From Camelus dromedarius (Eukaryota): a stretch of DNA of 64,000 nucleotides. The DNA is taken from the NCBI RefSeq assembly GCF_036321535.1, contig NC_087436.1, forward strand, positions 30,630,001 through 30,694,000, given 5' to 3'. Below are positions 12,003-24,645 of the stretch, one piece after another (the stretch's first letter is position 1; every line of letters begins with the position of its first letter). The position numbers and the translations under genes are program-made. The notes under the pieces were generated by a model. That model ran no database searches, had not been told where the DNA came from, and saw only the letters and a list, made by a program, of their open reading frames with translations.

Positions 12003-13147
12003 AGACTACCTCTCCTTTCTACTTTCTTCTTCTCAGAAGTGACTCGGGTTTCAATCTGACTTGCAGTGTATTAGAGAGTGGTGATGATGAAAGCATTTCT
12101 CACAGAACTGAAATTAAAGGGTCCCTTCACATTACTCACTGTTTGCAGTCAATATAAAGCCTAAAGAAATGTGTGGTTATCGTGTGGATGAGCAAAATAT
12201 CACATGACCCCATTAAATCTTTGGCAAGTGATGATTCAAAGTCCATCCAACACTGAATTCTATGACAGATAACTGAATGTTGATATTTTGTTTTGCTGAT
12301 TAAAAAGGGATTCAAGTGTTTTAGAGACAAAACAGTAGGACAGTTCTGTTAATAAAGTTATCTGTTTATCTGGTGCAGCACTGCCTTAAATATACATTGA
12401 TCCTCAGAGCACACTTGGTAAAGACCAAAAGCCGGACTTTCTGCACTGTCAGGAAAGATGTTTTAGTAATATGTTGCAAAATTCTTACATATGAAAAATA
12501 AATACATAGATGGGAAAAGTTCCTAGCAGAATAAGAAATGGCATCAACTATACTGAAAAGAGAAAACTACAACAAAATTACCTTGAGTATGCATATACCT
12601 TCAGATTTCACAAAAAGTTTCAACAATTCTCTGTGAAGGTAAGTGTAAACGATTATTCCAAATTTATGCATTCTCAGGAAGGGTGCATAATTTAACTGTA
12701 TTTAAACAGCTGGAAAGTCCCAGAAACAGCATCTACAAGTAAAATGCCCATGAAAAATGAACTACCATTCAACTCACCTAGCCTGAAAATAAGAGGCAAC
12801 GTTTACCCCAGAATTGAGATTTTGAGCAAATGAACTCTAATCCACTTGTCCCTTGAGAAAAATACATTACATAATTTTTTAACATTACAGGGTGCCAAAG
12901 GATTTTTACTTTTTAATTTCTTATACACAAGAGGAAATATAAGAGTCTTCCACAGAATCAGGCCTTGTACTGTCACCTAGCTTTGCCTCTTAAGCAATAT
13001 TTACTATAAATCATTCCCTGAGAATGAATATATCTGAGATGCACATAGCAAATGAAAACAACTTCCTCAACAGACTCCTCCTCCCCCAAATTATAAACAT
13101 GTAAATGTTTAATACATACACAAAAGTATTGTGTTAAATTTTTACTT

Positions 13148-13570
13148 ATTTTTTTGGTGAGAACACTTAAATTCTAATCTCTTAGCAAATTCAAATTATA
13201 CAAGACAATAATATCAACAGCAGTCATCACATTATATATTAAACCCTGTGATTTTATTAATTTTATAGGTGAAAGTTAGTAACCTTTTATTAAACTCTCC
13301 ACACTTCCCATTCTCCTTACCCCTGGTAACCATCATTCTAATCGAACTTTTTTTTTTTAAGATTTCACAAGTATGATACTATGCAATATTTGTCCTTCTC
13401 TGTCTGGCTCATTTCACTTATCATAATGCTCTCCAGCTTCATCTATGTTTTTGCAAATTTTGTGATTCCTTTTTTTTTAAGGCTGAATAGCATTTCAATA
13501 TATATGTGTGTGTATATATATAAATACACACACATATCCATATCCATACATACATATATATATATGTGCA

Positions 13571-13617
<47 letters not shown>

Positions 13618-15137
13618 TCAGTGCACAGACCTTCTACCTCCTTGGTTAAAGTTATTCCTAAGCATTTTATTCTTTTTGATGCTACTGTGAATGGGATAGT
13701 TTTCTTAATTCCTTTTCCCAATAATTCACTGTTAGTATATAGAAATGCAACTGATTTTTGTATATTGATTTTGCATCCTGCACTTTTACTGAATTCATTT
13801 ATTCAAACATTTATTTTGGTGGAGGCTTCAGTGTTTTCTACATGTAAGATTTTGTCATCTAAAGATACAATTTTACTTTTTCCTTTCTAATTTGAATGTC
13901 TTTTCTATGTAGAATAAAAGTGGAGAAAGTGGGTATACTTGTCTTAGTCCAGATTAGAGAAAACGTTTTGAGCTTTCCATGGATGAGTATGAAGTTAGTT
14001 GTGGATTTGTCATATATGGCCTTTATTACGTTGAGGTTGAGTTATATTTCTTCTCTACTCAATTATTTGAGTTTTTATTATGCATGGATCTTGAATTTTG
14101 TCTAATGCTTTCCGGCACCTATAGAGGTGATCATATAAATTTTACCCTTCATTTTGTTAATGGAGTGCATCATAAGACCTGTTGGTGTCCCAAAGGGAAA
14201 GGATCACAGTCAACACCTAAATGTGAGCTAATGAGAAGCTCGACTGACAGACAGCAGCTGGGAAAGTATGCGGTCAAACACCTTCCAGGGAGAACATGGG
14301 ACATGGGAATTTTTTGCCTGCTTCCTCTGCACTGAGCTTGGATGTATAGCTGTTGGGGATGGGAGAAGGTGCTTCTGTACTCCTTTAAAAGATGTTTCTT
14401 TGTTTGCTATAGTCCTGAGGGGCTCATGAATGAATTTAAACCCAGCTCTTTCTTGATGCTAACTGTTTTGGGGCCTATCACTTAGATGGCAGTTGTAAAA
14501 GTTGGGATGCTAGATGTGTGGATGGACAAGCTCCTTCCAAGGAGATACTGACAACTTGGTTTTATTGTTGGAGCAAGCCGGAGAGAAAAGATAGAAGAAG
14601 CGCTGGCTAGCTCTTTGAAGCTCTGAGGAGTGTTGCAGTCAGTATTTAGATGCATGCTGATTAGGTGCCTGCTCCCTCTGTGCTGAGCCCTGGGAGCTGA
14701 AGCTGGGGCAAGTGCTTTTATGCCCCTTAACAACTGCTTCTGTGTTTACTGTAGTCCTGTGGGACTCGTGAACACAAGCTGTGTCGGCTATCAGAGCTAG
14801 GCAATCTGAGGGGCCATCCCTTGGATGGCACCTTTAAAAATTGGGGCTCTAGATGTAAGGTCCAAACCCTTTGCTCCTGGGAGAGAAGCTGTGAGTTGGG
14901 GGTTTCCTCCTGATTGTATGGTGTTATGCTGGAGGTGGAGTTTTGGCAAAAGTGTATCACAACCTTTCCTATGTGTTTCGATGTGGGTATTTTCTCAGTC
15001 ATCTGATGTGTAGGAATCACTCAACTTATTTGTGGATTTCTCTCAGAGGAAACTGCTCCATGTGAAGCTGTATATTTGGTGAGCTCATAGGAGGAGAGAC
15101 ATTCAAAGGGCTATGTTGCCATCTTGGTCGGCAGTCT
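13148..15137 (-). mobile_element. L1 (L1MA9-like) with 3' UTR, an ORF2 piece and 5' UTR; large internal deletions
   Basis: 3' UTR at 13148-13500 (gtgagaacacttaaattctaatctcttagcaaattc). ORF2 at 13615-14175 (ORF 13443..13721: KTIPFTVASKRIKCLGITLTKEV). GC-richer 5' UTR at about 14180-15137, whose minus strand begins gactgccgacCAAGATGGC (YY1-type L1 start motif). Confidence 0.8.
13497..13614. repeat. (TA)n/(TG)/(CA) compound microsatellite
   Basis: Direct inspection; lies at the L1 3'UTR-ORF2 junction. Confidence 0.95.
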
Positions 15138-15149
15138 GAAATTTTAATT

Positions 15150-15222
15150 AAGACTCTTATCTAGGTACTAGATGTGCTCATTGCCACTGGGATGTCATTG
15201 CTCCTATTCTCTTTCAACAAAG
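15150..15222 (-). mobile_element. L1MC/MD-like 3' UTR fragment
   Basis: tctaggtactagatgtgctcattgccactgggatgtcattgctcc motif. Confidence 0.5.
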
Positions 15223-15329
15223 CTTTTATTCACCTATTAAACTGCCAAGGATAATAGACTAAAGGTTGCTGACTGTGGTGAGGAGGGCACTCTCCTAATT
15301 GCTGGTGAAACTCTGCAATTCAATACTAT

Positions 15330-15570
15330 TTTTGAAAGATGGTCATCCAACCTCTCTCTGAACATTCACAAAAATGAGAAGTTTACTGCTTTGTGAAGTA
15401 ATTTCTACATCCAGAGTCTTAAAATCTAGCACTTATCTTTATAGCATTTCTCATTTTTGTTTTTAATCTGTAGAGTAATATAGAACCAATCAACTTTTTT
15501 TCAGTATCTTCTCTTCTAAAGATTAACATTTGGAGTAGCTTCTGCCATTTCACAATATGATTGTTATATT
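15330..15570 (-). mobile_element. L3/CR1 fragment
   Basis: agatggtcatccaacctctctctgaacatt...atgagaagtttactgc; atcttctcttctaaagattaac. Confidence 0.45.
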
Positions 15571-18283
15571 CTCTTGACTGTTGAACTTTAGAGATGAACT
15601 AATTTAAAGCATAGAAAATGACTTAGGTGAAAATGACTTAGGTGATTCAAATCAAGGTTAAAGGATTTATTCAACTTACGTACATTAGTGAGCACCTGAA
15701 AATCAGATGACTCCCCAAGGAAGCTGACTTTGGGTTTTTACAGGATCGGTCATGTTGAGTATGTGCCTTTGTGGGACTGGTTTAAGCAGCAGTTTTCAAC
15801 TTTAAAACTCAAGGTAGGGTATCATTTATGCTTTGCCCCTTGCTTAAAATTCAACAACCATCAGATCATTCTTTTCCTAGAACTATTTTCACATGATTTG
15901 TGGTTTTTCCAGGTATTCAAATTTATGGGACAGGGATGGTAAATGGTAATAAATAATGAAAAAGGGGTAAAGGCAGATGGTAAGGGGAAAGTAGAGGTCC
16001 TCTATCATGCCTGTGTTAGTATTTTTATGAAAAAATGTTTCAGCTATGATTTGATGAGCAAACAAAAGAGTGGGCACCACCTACTCTAATCTTTAGTCCT
16101 CCATTAATGTCAAGACTGCATTTTTCACATTATTTAAAATGTCAGCTTATGTGACATTAGTGATGATCAGATATGTCCAGTTGTTTGGATGTCTGTGATG
16201 TTCAGATATGCTCAATTGTCATCCATATATGTCTTCCTCTTTTGGAAATATACAATGTCTGCCAGACCTGTTTATTGCATATTTACTGTCCACATTTTAA
16301 CTTACATTAACTTAAAGGAAACGCCATTGCCTGGTAAAGACTCTCACTCAACCCCAGTGTCTCTGCTTGGTCTATCTTGCTTGGTCTACCACTACTGACC
16401 TGTTCATCTAACCTTCAATAATATTTTGACTGCAAGATGAGCCTTTGATACTGTAACTGCACAATGATTTGTCTTTATGACACTTATCCTATGCTAGCAA
16501 GCAATCTATTTTTAATGTCAATTAGTGACATTGAATTTTCAGTTGTTAAAATCAATCGTGGAGTGTCTGCCTATTAAACTAATCAAAAAAGGATTCTGAT
16601 CATGATTCTTAAATGCATGTATAAGCAGTCAGGTGTCTATACACTCTGGTGTGCCTAGTATCATCTTGATTTATGGCTCAGTCTAAGTATGAAGAACATC
16701 TCCTTTTATTGTCAAAAAATGTCCCAGTTTAAATGATAAGTTCTATGTTTATAATAGGCAATGGAATTATCAAGTCAAATGCAGCAGGATAGAGTTGAGA
16801 GGTACATAACACAATAAGGAAATCATTACAATAAATGTCAGATCTATATCTGGCCACTAAGTCAGATGACACTATTACATACCCTTTCAATTTTGTCCAT
16901 AATTCTCAATATTAATTGTCATAGTTAATTTGATTATACAACAAGCATCCCACATCATTAAAGTGTTCAGATGGTTGTGCTGAAATGTTGTATAGATCTG
17001 ACCTAAGCTGTATTCTAAGCCAATTTGTTATGGAAGTAAACAACTGTGTTATTTCCCACAGATTTCTTTTAAGAGCCTAAAAAAGTCAGAATTATAAAGG
17101 AAATGAGTAAGCAGATAAAGAAAGTAGTTATAGCATAGAAATCCTGCTCTCTGGAACATACATACAGACGAAACTTTACTAAAATAATTACCCTCAATGT
17201 GAACCCGCAGCAAACATATTAACAGCGTGTCCACTTGTCTTGGACTCAGTGTCTTCAAGGTCCATGGCCACAATCTATATTCACCACCAAAGTCAGCACA
17301 ATTTGTATGGGCCCTGGGGAACTTCATGCAGACACTATCACACAGGGCCTTGCCTCATGCCTGTTCCTTATAACTTTCGTTTCCAGTCCACAATTTATCT
17401 GAGGCATTAAAGCAACAGCAGTCTGTGGGAACTGCTTTGTACCCATGTATACAGAACACAGAAATCTTGACAAAACTAAGGTCAGCCATGATAAGGCTCC
17501 CAAGGAGTGTTCCTCACTTGGGGAAGGAGGGAAAAATGGTTTACAGGGCTTTACTAGCAAAGGGATTAAGCAAGATTTGGGAATAGAAGAAGAGTGTTTG
17601 TGGATTTACAGCCAATTTGGGGGCAATCTCAATTTTATCGAGGTGGAGAGGAACAGTTAAGGGTTAGTCATATTCAAGAGAGGATGAGAAGAAAAAGCTG
17701 TGGAGACAAAGACATATGAGGGTCACAAAGGAAAATTCTCAGCTCTTCAGTATCTCTCACAATACGCTATTCTAAAAATAAAAAGTGAAACAGATGAATA
17801 CCTCTAAATTAGAAAGCAGAAGAGGTAGAGAGACCTGTGGAAAGATATAAGAACAGGAAGTTCTGGAACCAGGGAGGATGAGTGGTGCATGCTAAAGGCC
17901 AAAGAAGGAGAATTGGGGTTGCCAGTGTGGCGGGAGACAGACTGGCAGACAGGCACACGTAGAGAGGAAAATGATTCAAAGTGTACTCAAATGCATATAG
18001 TAGGAAAGTCTAATCCCCTTGTAAAATATTAGGAAAATTTACTTGTTCACTAATGTTTATGAAGAAGGTTATTTTTGGACAAGAGATGAAATAGAGAATT
18101 GAATCCTTCACGTTTGATAATAATACAAAGATGAAGGAATTACAAATAAGAAAGTGAATAAATGAAGATAGAATAATTGCACACTCTTCTTCCTCCTCTT
18201 CTTTAATGAACCAGGAACTTGCCATTCTTGAAGGGACTCATGAGAAACAAAATTAGTGGATTCTATGCTTTCATATATAAATC

Positions 18284-18928
18284 TGCATTAATTTTCTTTT
18301 GTTGCCATCAGAAGTTAAATTTAGCAGCTTGACACAGTTATTACCTCACAATTCTGTAAGCTGGAAGTCCACTAGGCTTGTCTAGGTATACTGCTTATGG
18401 TCTCATGGAGCTAAAATCAAGATGTTGACTAGCTTGGGCTCTTATCTGGAGGCTCCATGGGAGAATCCACTTGCAAGCCTATTCAAGTGGTTGACAGAGT
18501 TCAATTTCATATGCCTGTAGGACCCAAGCATCTATTTCCTTGCTGGACGTTGGGCACGGGTTGTTCTCAGCTTCTAGATGCCAACCTCAATTCATGGCTC
18601 ATGGCTCCCTTTCTCTTTCTTCAAAGCCAACAACAGTTCATCAAGTCCTTCTCACACTTCTATTCTCTCTGACCTCCCCCTCTGTCTTCTCCTGCTTAAC
18701 TTTTCTGTTGTATCCCTTCTGACTCCAATGGTAGACATTTATGTGTTTGTAAGGACTTGATTGATTAGAATGGACCCACTCATATAATCCATGATAAATC
18801 CTTATTTTTAAGTCTGTAACATTAATTACATATGCTAAGTTCCTTTTGTCATATATTATAACATATTTACAGGATCCTAGGATTAGAGTGTGAGTATTTT
18901 TGGAGGGGCTATTATTTGTTCTATCAGA
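18284..18928 (-). mobile_element. MaLR solo LTR (MLT1E-like), near full length
   Basis: Antisense MLT1 hallmarks: aaaatcaagatgttgac, ttatctggaggctc..gggagaatccacttgcaagc, gattagaatggacccac, ataacatatttacagg..ctaggattagagtgtg. Confidence 0.85.
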
Positions 18929-19512
18929 GTCTGCATATTTAATATCCTCTAATGCTTTTTCTATGCTAAATCTCATTTATAAACATAATTCAATGTTCTT
19001 GCAAATGTAATATTCTGGATAATAAGCAGAATTTGTTTTTGCAAAAACCTTTGAGTGGGAATGCTGATACCAGATAAAGTGTAATACCCTTAAAGTATGG
19101 TGTTTTATATCAGAAATTGAGCCAACTCATGCTAAATAAATGATCTATATCTATCTATTTGAACTTCTGTGACACTCAGAACTTTTTCTAAATGCTTTTG
19201 AGTCATCTCCATCTCACTTCCCAGGCTGGCTCTTCCTAACCTTTACCATTCTCCTAAGTCTTTTACTGTTTTTATTATTCTGGATTAGTAGTAGGATGAC
19301 ACCGCCTTCTACTTAACAAAGAAAAGAAAGGCATGTACTGCTCATAAAAATTTTAAACAATATGTATGGATTTGATATATTCATTGGTATTATATCTACA
19401 CAACTCTCTATGGTAGGCAATGACCAGACCTACAAAAGACCTAATAGGCCAATAAGAAACAGAACACAGGAACAAGTTACTGTGGCACAGCAAGAACTCT
19501 TATCTGTTACAC

Positions 19513-19722
19513 CAGTACTGTCCAGTAGAACTCTCTGTGGTGATGGAAATGTCCTATCTGTACTGTCCAAGTTGTTCACTAACCAGTCGTAGAGAGTGAG
19601 CACTTGAAATGCAGTTAGTGAAACTGAGGGACTGACTCTTGGTTAGATTTCATTTTAATCTATTTGAATTTAACCAGCCACACCTGGCTTGTGGCTGGAG
19701 CCTACTGTACTGCAGAGCGCTG
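19513..19722 (+). mobile_element. MER3 hAT-Charlie DNA transposon
   Basis: cagtactgtccagtagaactctctgtggtgatggaaatgtcctatctg...gagcacttgaaatg..gttagtgaaactgagg...agccacacctggcttgtggct. Confidence 0.85.
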
Positions 19723-21759
19723 TACTAGAAGAGTAGCTTCCGTCCCAGTGTCCTTTCTCCTCTTGCCTATTGGGCCCTGTATTCCTCAGACCTGGGAGAT
19801 ATTTCAACCTGCTTACTTTGCATTGACCACTAAGCTTCAGTGTATTGCCATAAAGGGATTTTGGGAAGCTGTGTTAACCCATGCTTGGCTAAATCCTTCA
19901 CTCTGTTTCTTGGTCTGCTAATAAACTAACTGGAAAGCAATCTTAAGGGAGGTAGAGTCTTTAATCTGTTCAGTTTTGGAATCAAAACTGTCATTTTTGG
20001 CTTGACCTACTCTCACATAAGCAAAAAATTAAAATATGGATTCATTTCTATTTGGGTATCTGTCTTTAACAATTTATCTGAATGTATTTAAATTTTAACC
20101 ATTTCTAAAGTTTCCTAGATACAGATTTTTCTGCTGAGTTTATTGGTTAGAGTTGACTTATAAGTTCCAGAAAGACAAAGTTGGTAATGGAAACGTCAGC
20201 CAAGTTTTAACTCTAGCCACCTAGCAATAAAGATCGGTATGTATTACATTACACTCCTCTTCAAAAGGTTCTTTATTCTTTGTGGAGTAATTCCACCTCT
20301 TTGATAGATGTATGCATGATGCATCTCAGTGCATTACCTACTTCTGAGAATCAATCATAGTAATGTTACCTTTCACTTCTCCACAGCACTGAGATACTAT
20401 TTTGGGTTATGATGCCATTCTATATGGGATTTGACAAACTTCAAATAATTTAATGAAGCAATAATCCCACTCTGGGAGTGTAGGACTCATGATGGGAAAA
20501 AAAAATCTGTCTTGCATCAGTATTATATACAATGTATATGAGCAAGCATAACTAATATAAGTCATCTTAAATAGGTATGACTTTATTTTGGTACAGTTAT
20601 TCATACTGTAAAACTTATTCTCCAGTCTACATTTCTCCTCTCCTTTGAAAAAATTAAAATAACTAATCTGCCTTCTGAGAAAATAAGAAGGTGTGTAACA
20701 AATGTAGACAACTACACCTTGGTGTATGGTTCTGAATTTCTTAAGGATACTATTTTTTTTTCTTGTATGATGAAATGAAACTTTGGTACTTCATCCAATC
20801 TTTTGTTAACTTTCTGATTTTTCTCTCTCAGTTACTCTACACCTAGTGTGTTAATGGTCATGATGGGCATTATGGAAAATCATCCTCGAGAATTCATGGT
20901 GAAAATATAAACCATACAGGGTACACAGCTACTATAGCAGGAGAATAAAATATTTTTCACCTAACCTGCCTAACTTAGAGTCATCCTATTGAATTGCCTC
21001 TAATATAATTGGTATAAAGAAAGAGAAGGCAAAAGGAGTGCAGGGAGAGGTACTGTTAAAGAAGAGCAAGAAAGGGAAATACATGACAATAGAAATATTC
21101 CTTTCATAATCTTTCCTTTCACAATGTCTTTGTTGCTCTATAGCTAAGAAAAAAAAAAAAAAGAAAAAAAGAAAATGCCCTAAGAAAATACAAATGAAAG
21201 TCATACATTTCTAGTTTCAAAATAATGGAACCAAATGTTTCACTTTTTAAAATTTATGTCTAGAGAATTTCTGAAATTACGGACCCGGTAACATTGTTTG
21301 ATATCCCCTGCACCCTGCCCTGTGCCCACCTCCAAAAGTAGCCTAAATTGAAAGATTGAAAAATAGAATCAAATTACCGAAAGGAATTTTCATTTCATCA
21401 AATAAATCATCAAACTCTTTTACCCGTGAGTTAAACACCTTAGCAACTGCACTGCAAATAGCACTATACGGACTGGTTAAATTCTCTATTTACTCACAAG
21501 AGAAGTTAACTAGGTGAAGTTAAATTTTCTTTCCCTGAATCTTTATAATTTTATATTGACTTCAGCTGAATTGATAACAGCCTTAGAGAATACTCTGCTA
21601 CTATCCATTCTGAGTTTCAATAGCACAAAATAAAGATGCATAAATTTATTTTTACATATAAGTTAATTTGAATCAAGAAAATGGGGTTGCAACCTTGATT
21701 TTGCTGCCAAGTAACAGTCCACATTGAAATACTGCTTTTTGATTCTGTGTTCCAAATTA

Positions 21760-22045
21760 ACGCTCATAAATGTCATGTCCTCAGAGAAGTGCTTTGTTCA
21801 CTCCCTAACTACGGTAACAACTGTTGTTTCCTATCTCAATTCCTTTTTGGTTTTCTTTATAATTTTCATTATATATTCATAATTATCTTATTAATGGTCT
21901 ATTTGATGGTTTTTATCAGTCTCATCCTCTGTATTTCAGTTCAAGGAATGCATGAATTGGTCTTGTTAACCTTTGATTCTTTAGTTCTCAGACTGACCCC
22001 TAACACAGAGTAGGCACTAGATAAAAGTGTATGGAAGGGATTAAT
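21760..22045 (+). mobile_element. L2 3' end
   Basis: aaatgtcatgtcctcagagaag...ctaacacagagtaggcactagataaaagtgtatggaagg. Confidence 0.65.
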
Positions 22046-22189
22046 TACAACATACTTATTGGTTATTATTAATAATTAATACTACATATAAAAATTTATT
22101 CTAGATATATTAAAAGGCTATTGGACATTATATCTAAGTTCCCTTTCAGTTAAAAATTATATTATTATAAAATAATAACTAAAAACTCT

Positions 22190-22262
22190 TAAATAGTAAC
22201 TAATAAATCTAAGTAGTAACTAATAAAATAGTAAGTACTATCTAAATAGTAACTAATAAATC
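22190..22262. repeat. Irregular tandem repeat of (aa)tagtaactaataaa
   Basis: Three full copies and one partial copy seen directly. Confidence 0.85.
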
Positions 22263-22559
22263 AATTTTTGTGTATTTTTTCTTAAAATCATCATCTATGT
22301 GTGTGTGTGTATATATATATAAAAAATACTATTTGGTATGAAAGACAAATAAAATTTAAGTTAATCTGTCTCACTTATTTCTGTCTCCAAGAAGCTCATG
22401 ATGCTATTATAAACAAAACAGTCACTTGTTTATTGATTATCTATTCTAATTACATGGAAAATATTTTGGAGGAAATAAGCTACTTGCTAATAGCCAACCT
22501 TGTATGCAAGCTTATTAAGTATAGCTATAAATGAAAATCACACTTTTTTCCAAAAGCTT

Positions 22560-23150
22560 TCCTTAAGATTTGGCTCAAAACAGTAATAGTATACTCACTT
22601 CATAAACTTAAAACTACTGAAAACACGAGCAAAAGAAAATACTCTGATTCTACCAATGGAAATAACTAATAATAATAGCATTTTTCATGCTTTTTCCTTG
22701 TAGTCTTTTCTTATCTCTATATTAAAGTGAATTATATTAAGTTGCCAATATAAAAATCCTTTGTCACATACAAAAATGGTAATTTTATGTTTTGATCAGA
22801 TATTTTTATAATTATTTCTTTATATAAAGTTCTTCAGCTTGCATTTTTAATTAATATAAAATTGCAGTATGTTATTAAAATTCTTTGTAATCATTTCAAG
22901 CATGCATTATGACTGATTACGTGATTACATTATGGCACATTTAACAAACCCTTTATTGTATGCATTTGTTGTTTTTATTTTTTCCATTATATGTAATGTT
23001 GAAGAATCTTCCTTTGTACATATGTCTTCAACTGTGTTGTTGATGATTATTTTAGTTCATTTTGGAAGTATGTAACTACATTATATAAAGAGGGATGAAT
23101 ATTTTTAAGGCCCTTGGTATATATATTCCCAGAATGTTTTCCAGAAATAC
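22560..23150 (-). mobile_element. Old L1ME-like fragments
   Basis: catttaacaaaccctttattgtatgcatttgttgttttt...tttccattatatgtaatgttg; atgaatatttttaaggcccttggtatatat. Confidence 0.5.
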
Positions 23151-23156
23151 TACCTC

Positions 23157-23493
23157 TTTTTTTTTAACATTTTTTATTGATTTATAATCATTTTACAATG
23201 TTGTGTCAAATTCCAGTGTAGAGCACGATTTTTCAGTTATACATGAACATATATATATTCATTGTCACATTTTTTTCTCTGTGAGCTACCATAAGATCTT
23301 GTATATATTTCCCTGTGCTATACAGTATAATCTTGTTTATCTATTCTACAATTTTGAAATCCCAGTCTATCTCTTCCCAATCCCCTCCCCCTTGGCAACC
23401 ACAAGTTTATATTCTATGTCTGGGAGTCGATTTCTGTTTTGTATTTATGTTTTGTTTGTTTATTTGTTTTTTAGATTCCACATATAAATGATC
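23157..23493 (-). mobile_element. Young lineage-specific (camelid-type) L1 3' end
   Basis: Poly(T) followed by aacattttttattgatttataatcattttacaatgttgtgtcaaattccagtgtagagcac, highly similar to the copy from 30956. Approximate TSD aatactacctctt / aatattcacctctt. Confidence 0.9.
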
Positions 23494-23640
23494 AATATTC
23501 ACCTCTTCAGTACAAATTTGAGGTTCCTACTGCCTATGTTTAAAGCAGAAAATCTGTATTACTTCAATAGATTAAAAGTAAAATATAGTATCTTAGTTTA
23601 ATTTAAATTATTAGTGCAATTAAATGTTTAATAAATTTAT

Positions 23641-23937
23641 TGAACATATTTACAAAACAGAAACAGACTCACAGACAAAGAAAACAAACTAATGGTTACG
23701 GGGCAAAGAGGGTGGGAAGGGATAAACTGGGAGATTTGCAGATATTAACTACTATATATAAAATAGATAAACAAGTTCATACTGTATAGCATAAGGAAAG
23801 ATATTCATTATCTTGTAGTAACCTACAATGAAAAAGAATATGAAAATGAATTATGTATGACTGAACTATTATGCTGTACATCCAAAACTGACACAGCACT
23901 GTAAATGACTACACGTCAATAAAAAAGAAAAAAAAAA
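23641..23937 (+). mobile_element. Lineage-specific L1 3' end with poly(A)
   Basis: tttacaaaacagaaacagactcacagac...caataaaaaagaaaaaaaaaa. TSD aaatgtttaataaattta / aaaagttttataaattta. Confidence 0.9.
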
Positions 23938-24251
23938 GTTTTATAAATTTACTAGCCATTCTCTTAATGAAATGCTGTTATGAATATACTCTGGTTAATA
24001 GCTGGGAAGGACAAATACCTTTTTCTTATCTCTTGACTATAATTCAAAAGCATTTCTAGGATTGATAAGATAGGAGGCATTTGGTTAAGGTCAATTTTTT
24101 GTGCAAAAGTTTAGACATAGTTTTGTCTTCTTGGTTTGCACCTTATCTTCTTGGTTTGCCTCATCTCATTATTTGGCTAACCTCTTATTTTCCTTACCTT
24201 AACATAAACGTAAGGTTTTGCCTGACCATTGACTAGGATAAGAAACCCATT

Positions 24252-24645
24252 CCTTCTTTCATTTATTCAATAATGATGTATCAATGTTTTCATTCTCTAT
24301 GTTGGTCAGTATTCTAGTTATTGATGATACAGAAATAAACACAACAGGGAAATTTCTCTTTTTTGAAACTTAACATTTTAGAAAGGAAGGAGAAATAAAA
24401 ACACAAATACATAATATAAAGTCATCAGTGATACACTGAAGAAAAGGAAATCAGGATAAGCAAACAGAGGATGATGGTGGTAAATGCTTTTCTAGAGTCC
24501 TCAGAGAAGGCCTCCCTGAGTAGATGACTTTGATGCTTGGAGACAACAAGAAACAAGGCCAGTTTGTCTCAAATAAGCAAGAAAGAGTGGTGGAAATTGA
24601 TTCCTGAGGACCAACAAAGGCCAGATCATGTTAGATTTTATATGT
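24252..24645 (-). mobile_element. L2 3' region
   Basis: tcatttattcaataat...gatacagaaataaac...tcagagaaggcctccctgagtagatgac...ggccagatcatg. Confidence 0.75.

Noticed and set aside
12228..12276. C/D-box snoRNA (GTGATGA...CTGA...CTGA)
   Set aside because: Only about 50 nt, with no convincing terminal stem or recognisable rRNA guide; such motifs are expected by chance.
13381..13890. Hydrophobic 169-aa membrane-protein-like ORF
   Set aside because: It is the antisense reading of L1 sequence plus (TA)n (YIYIYI).
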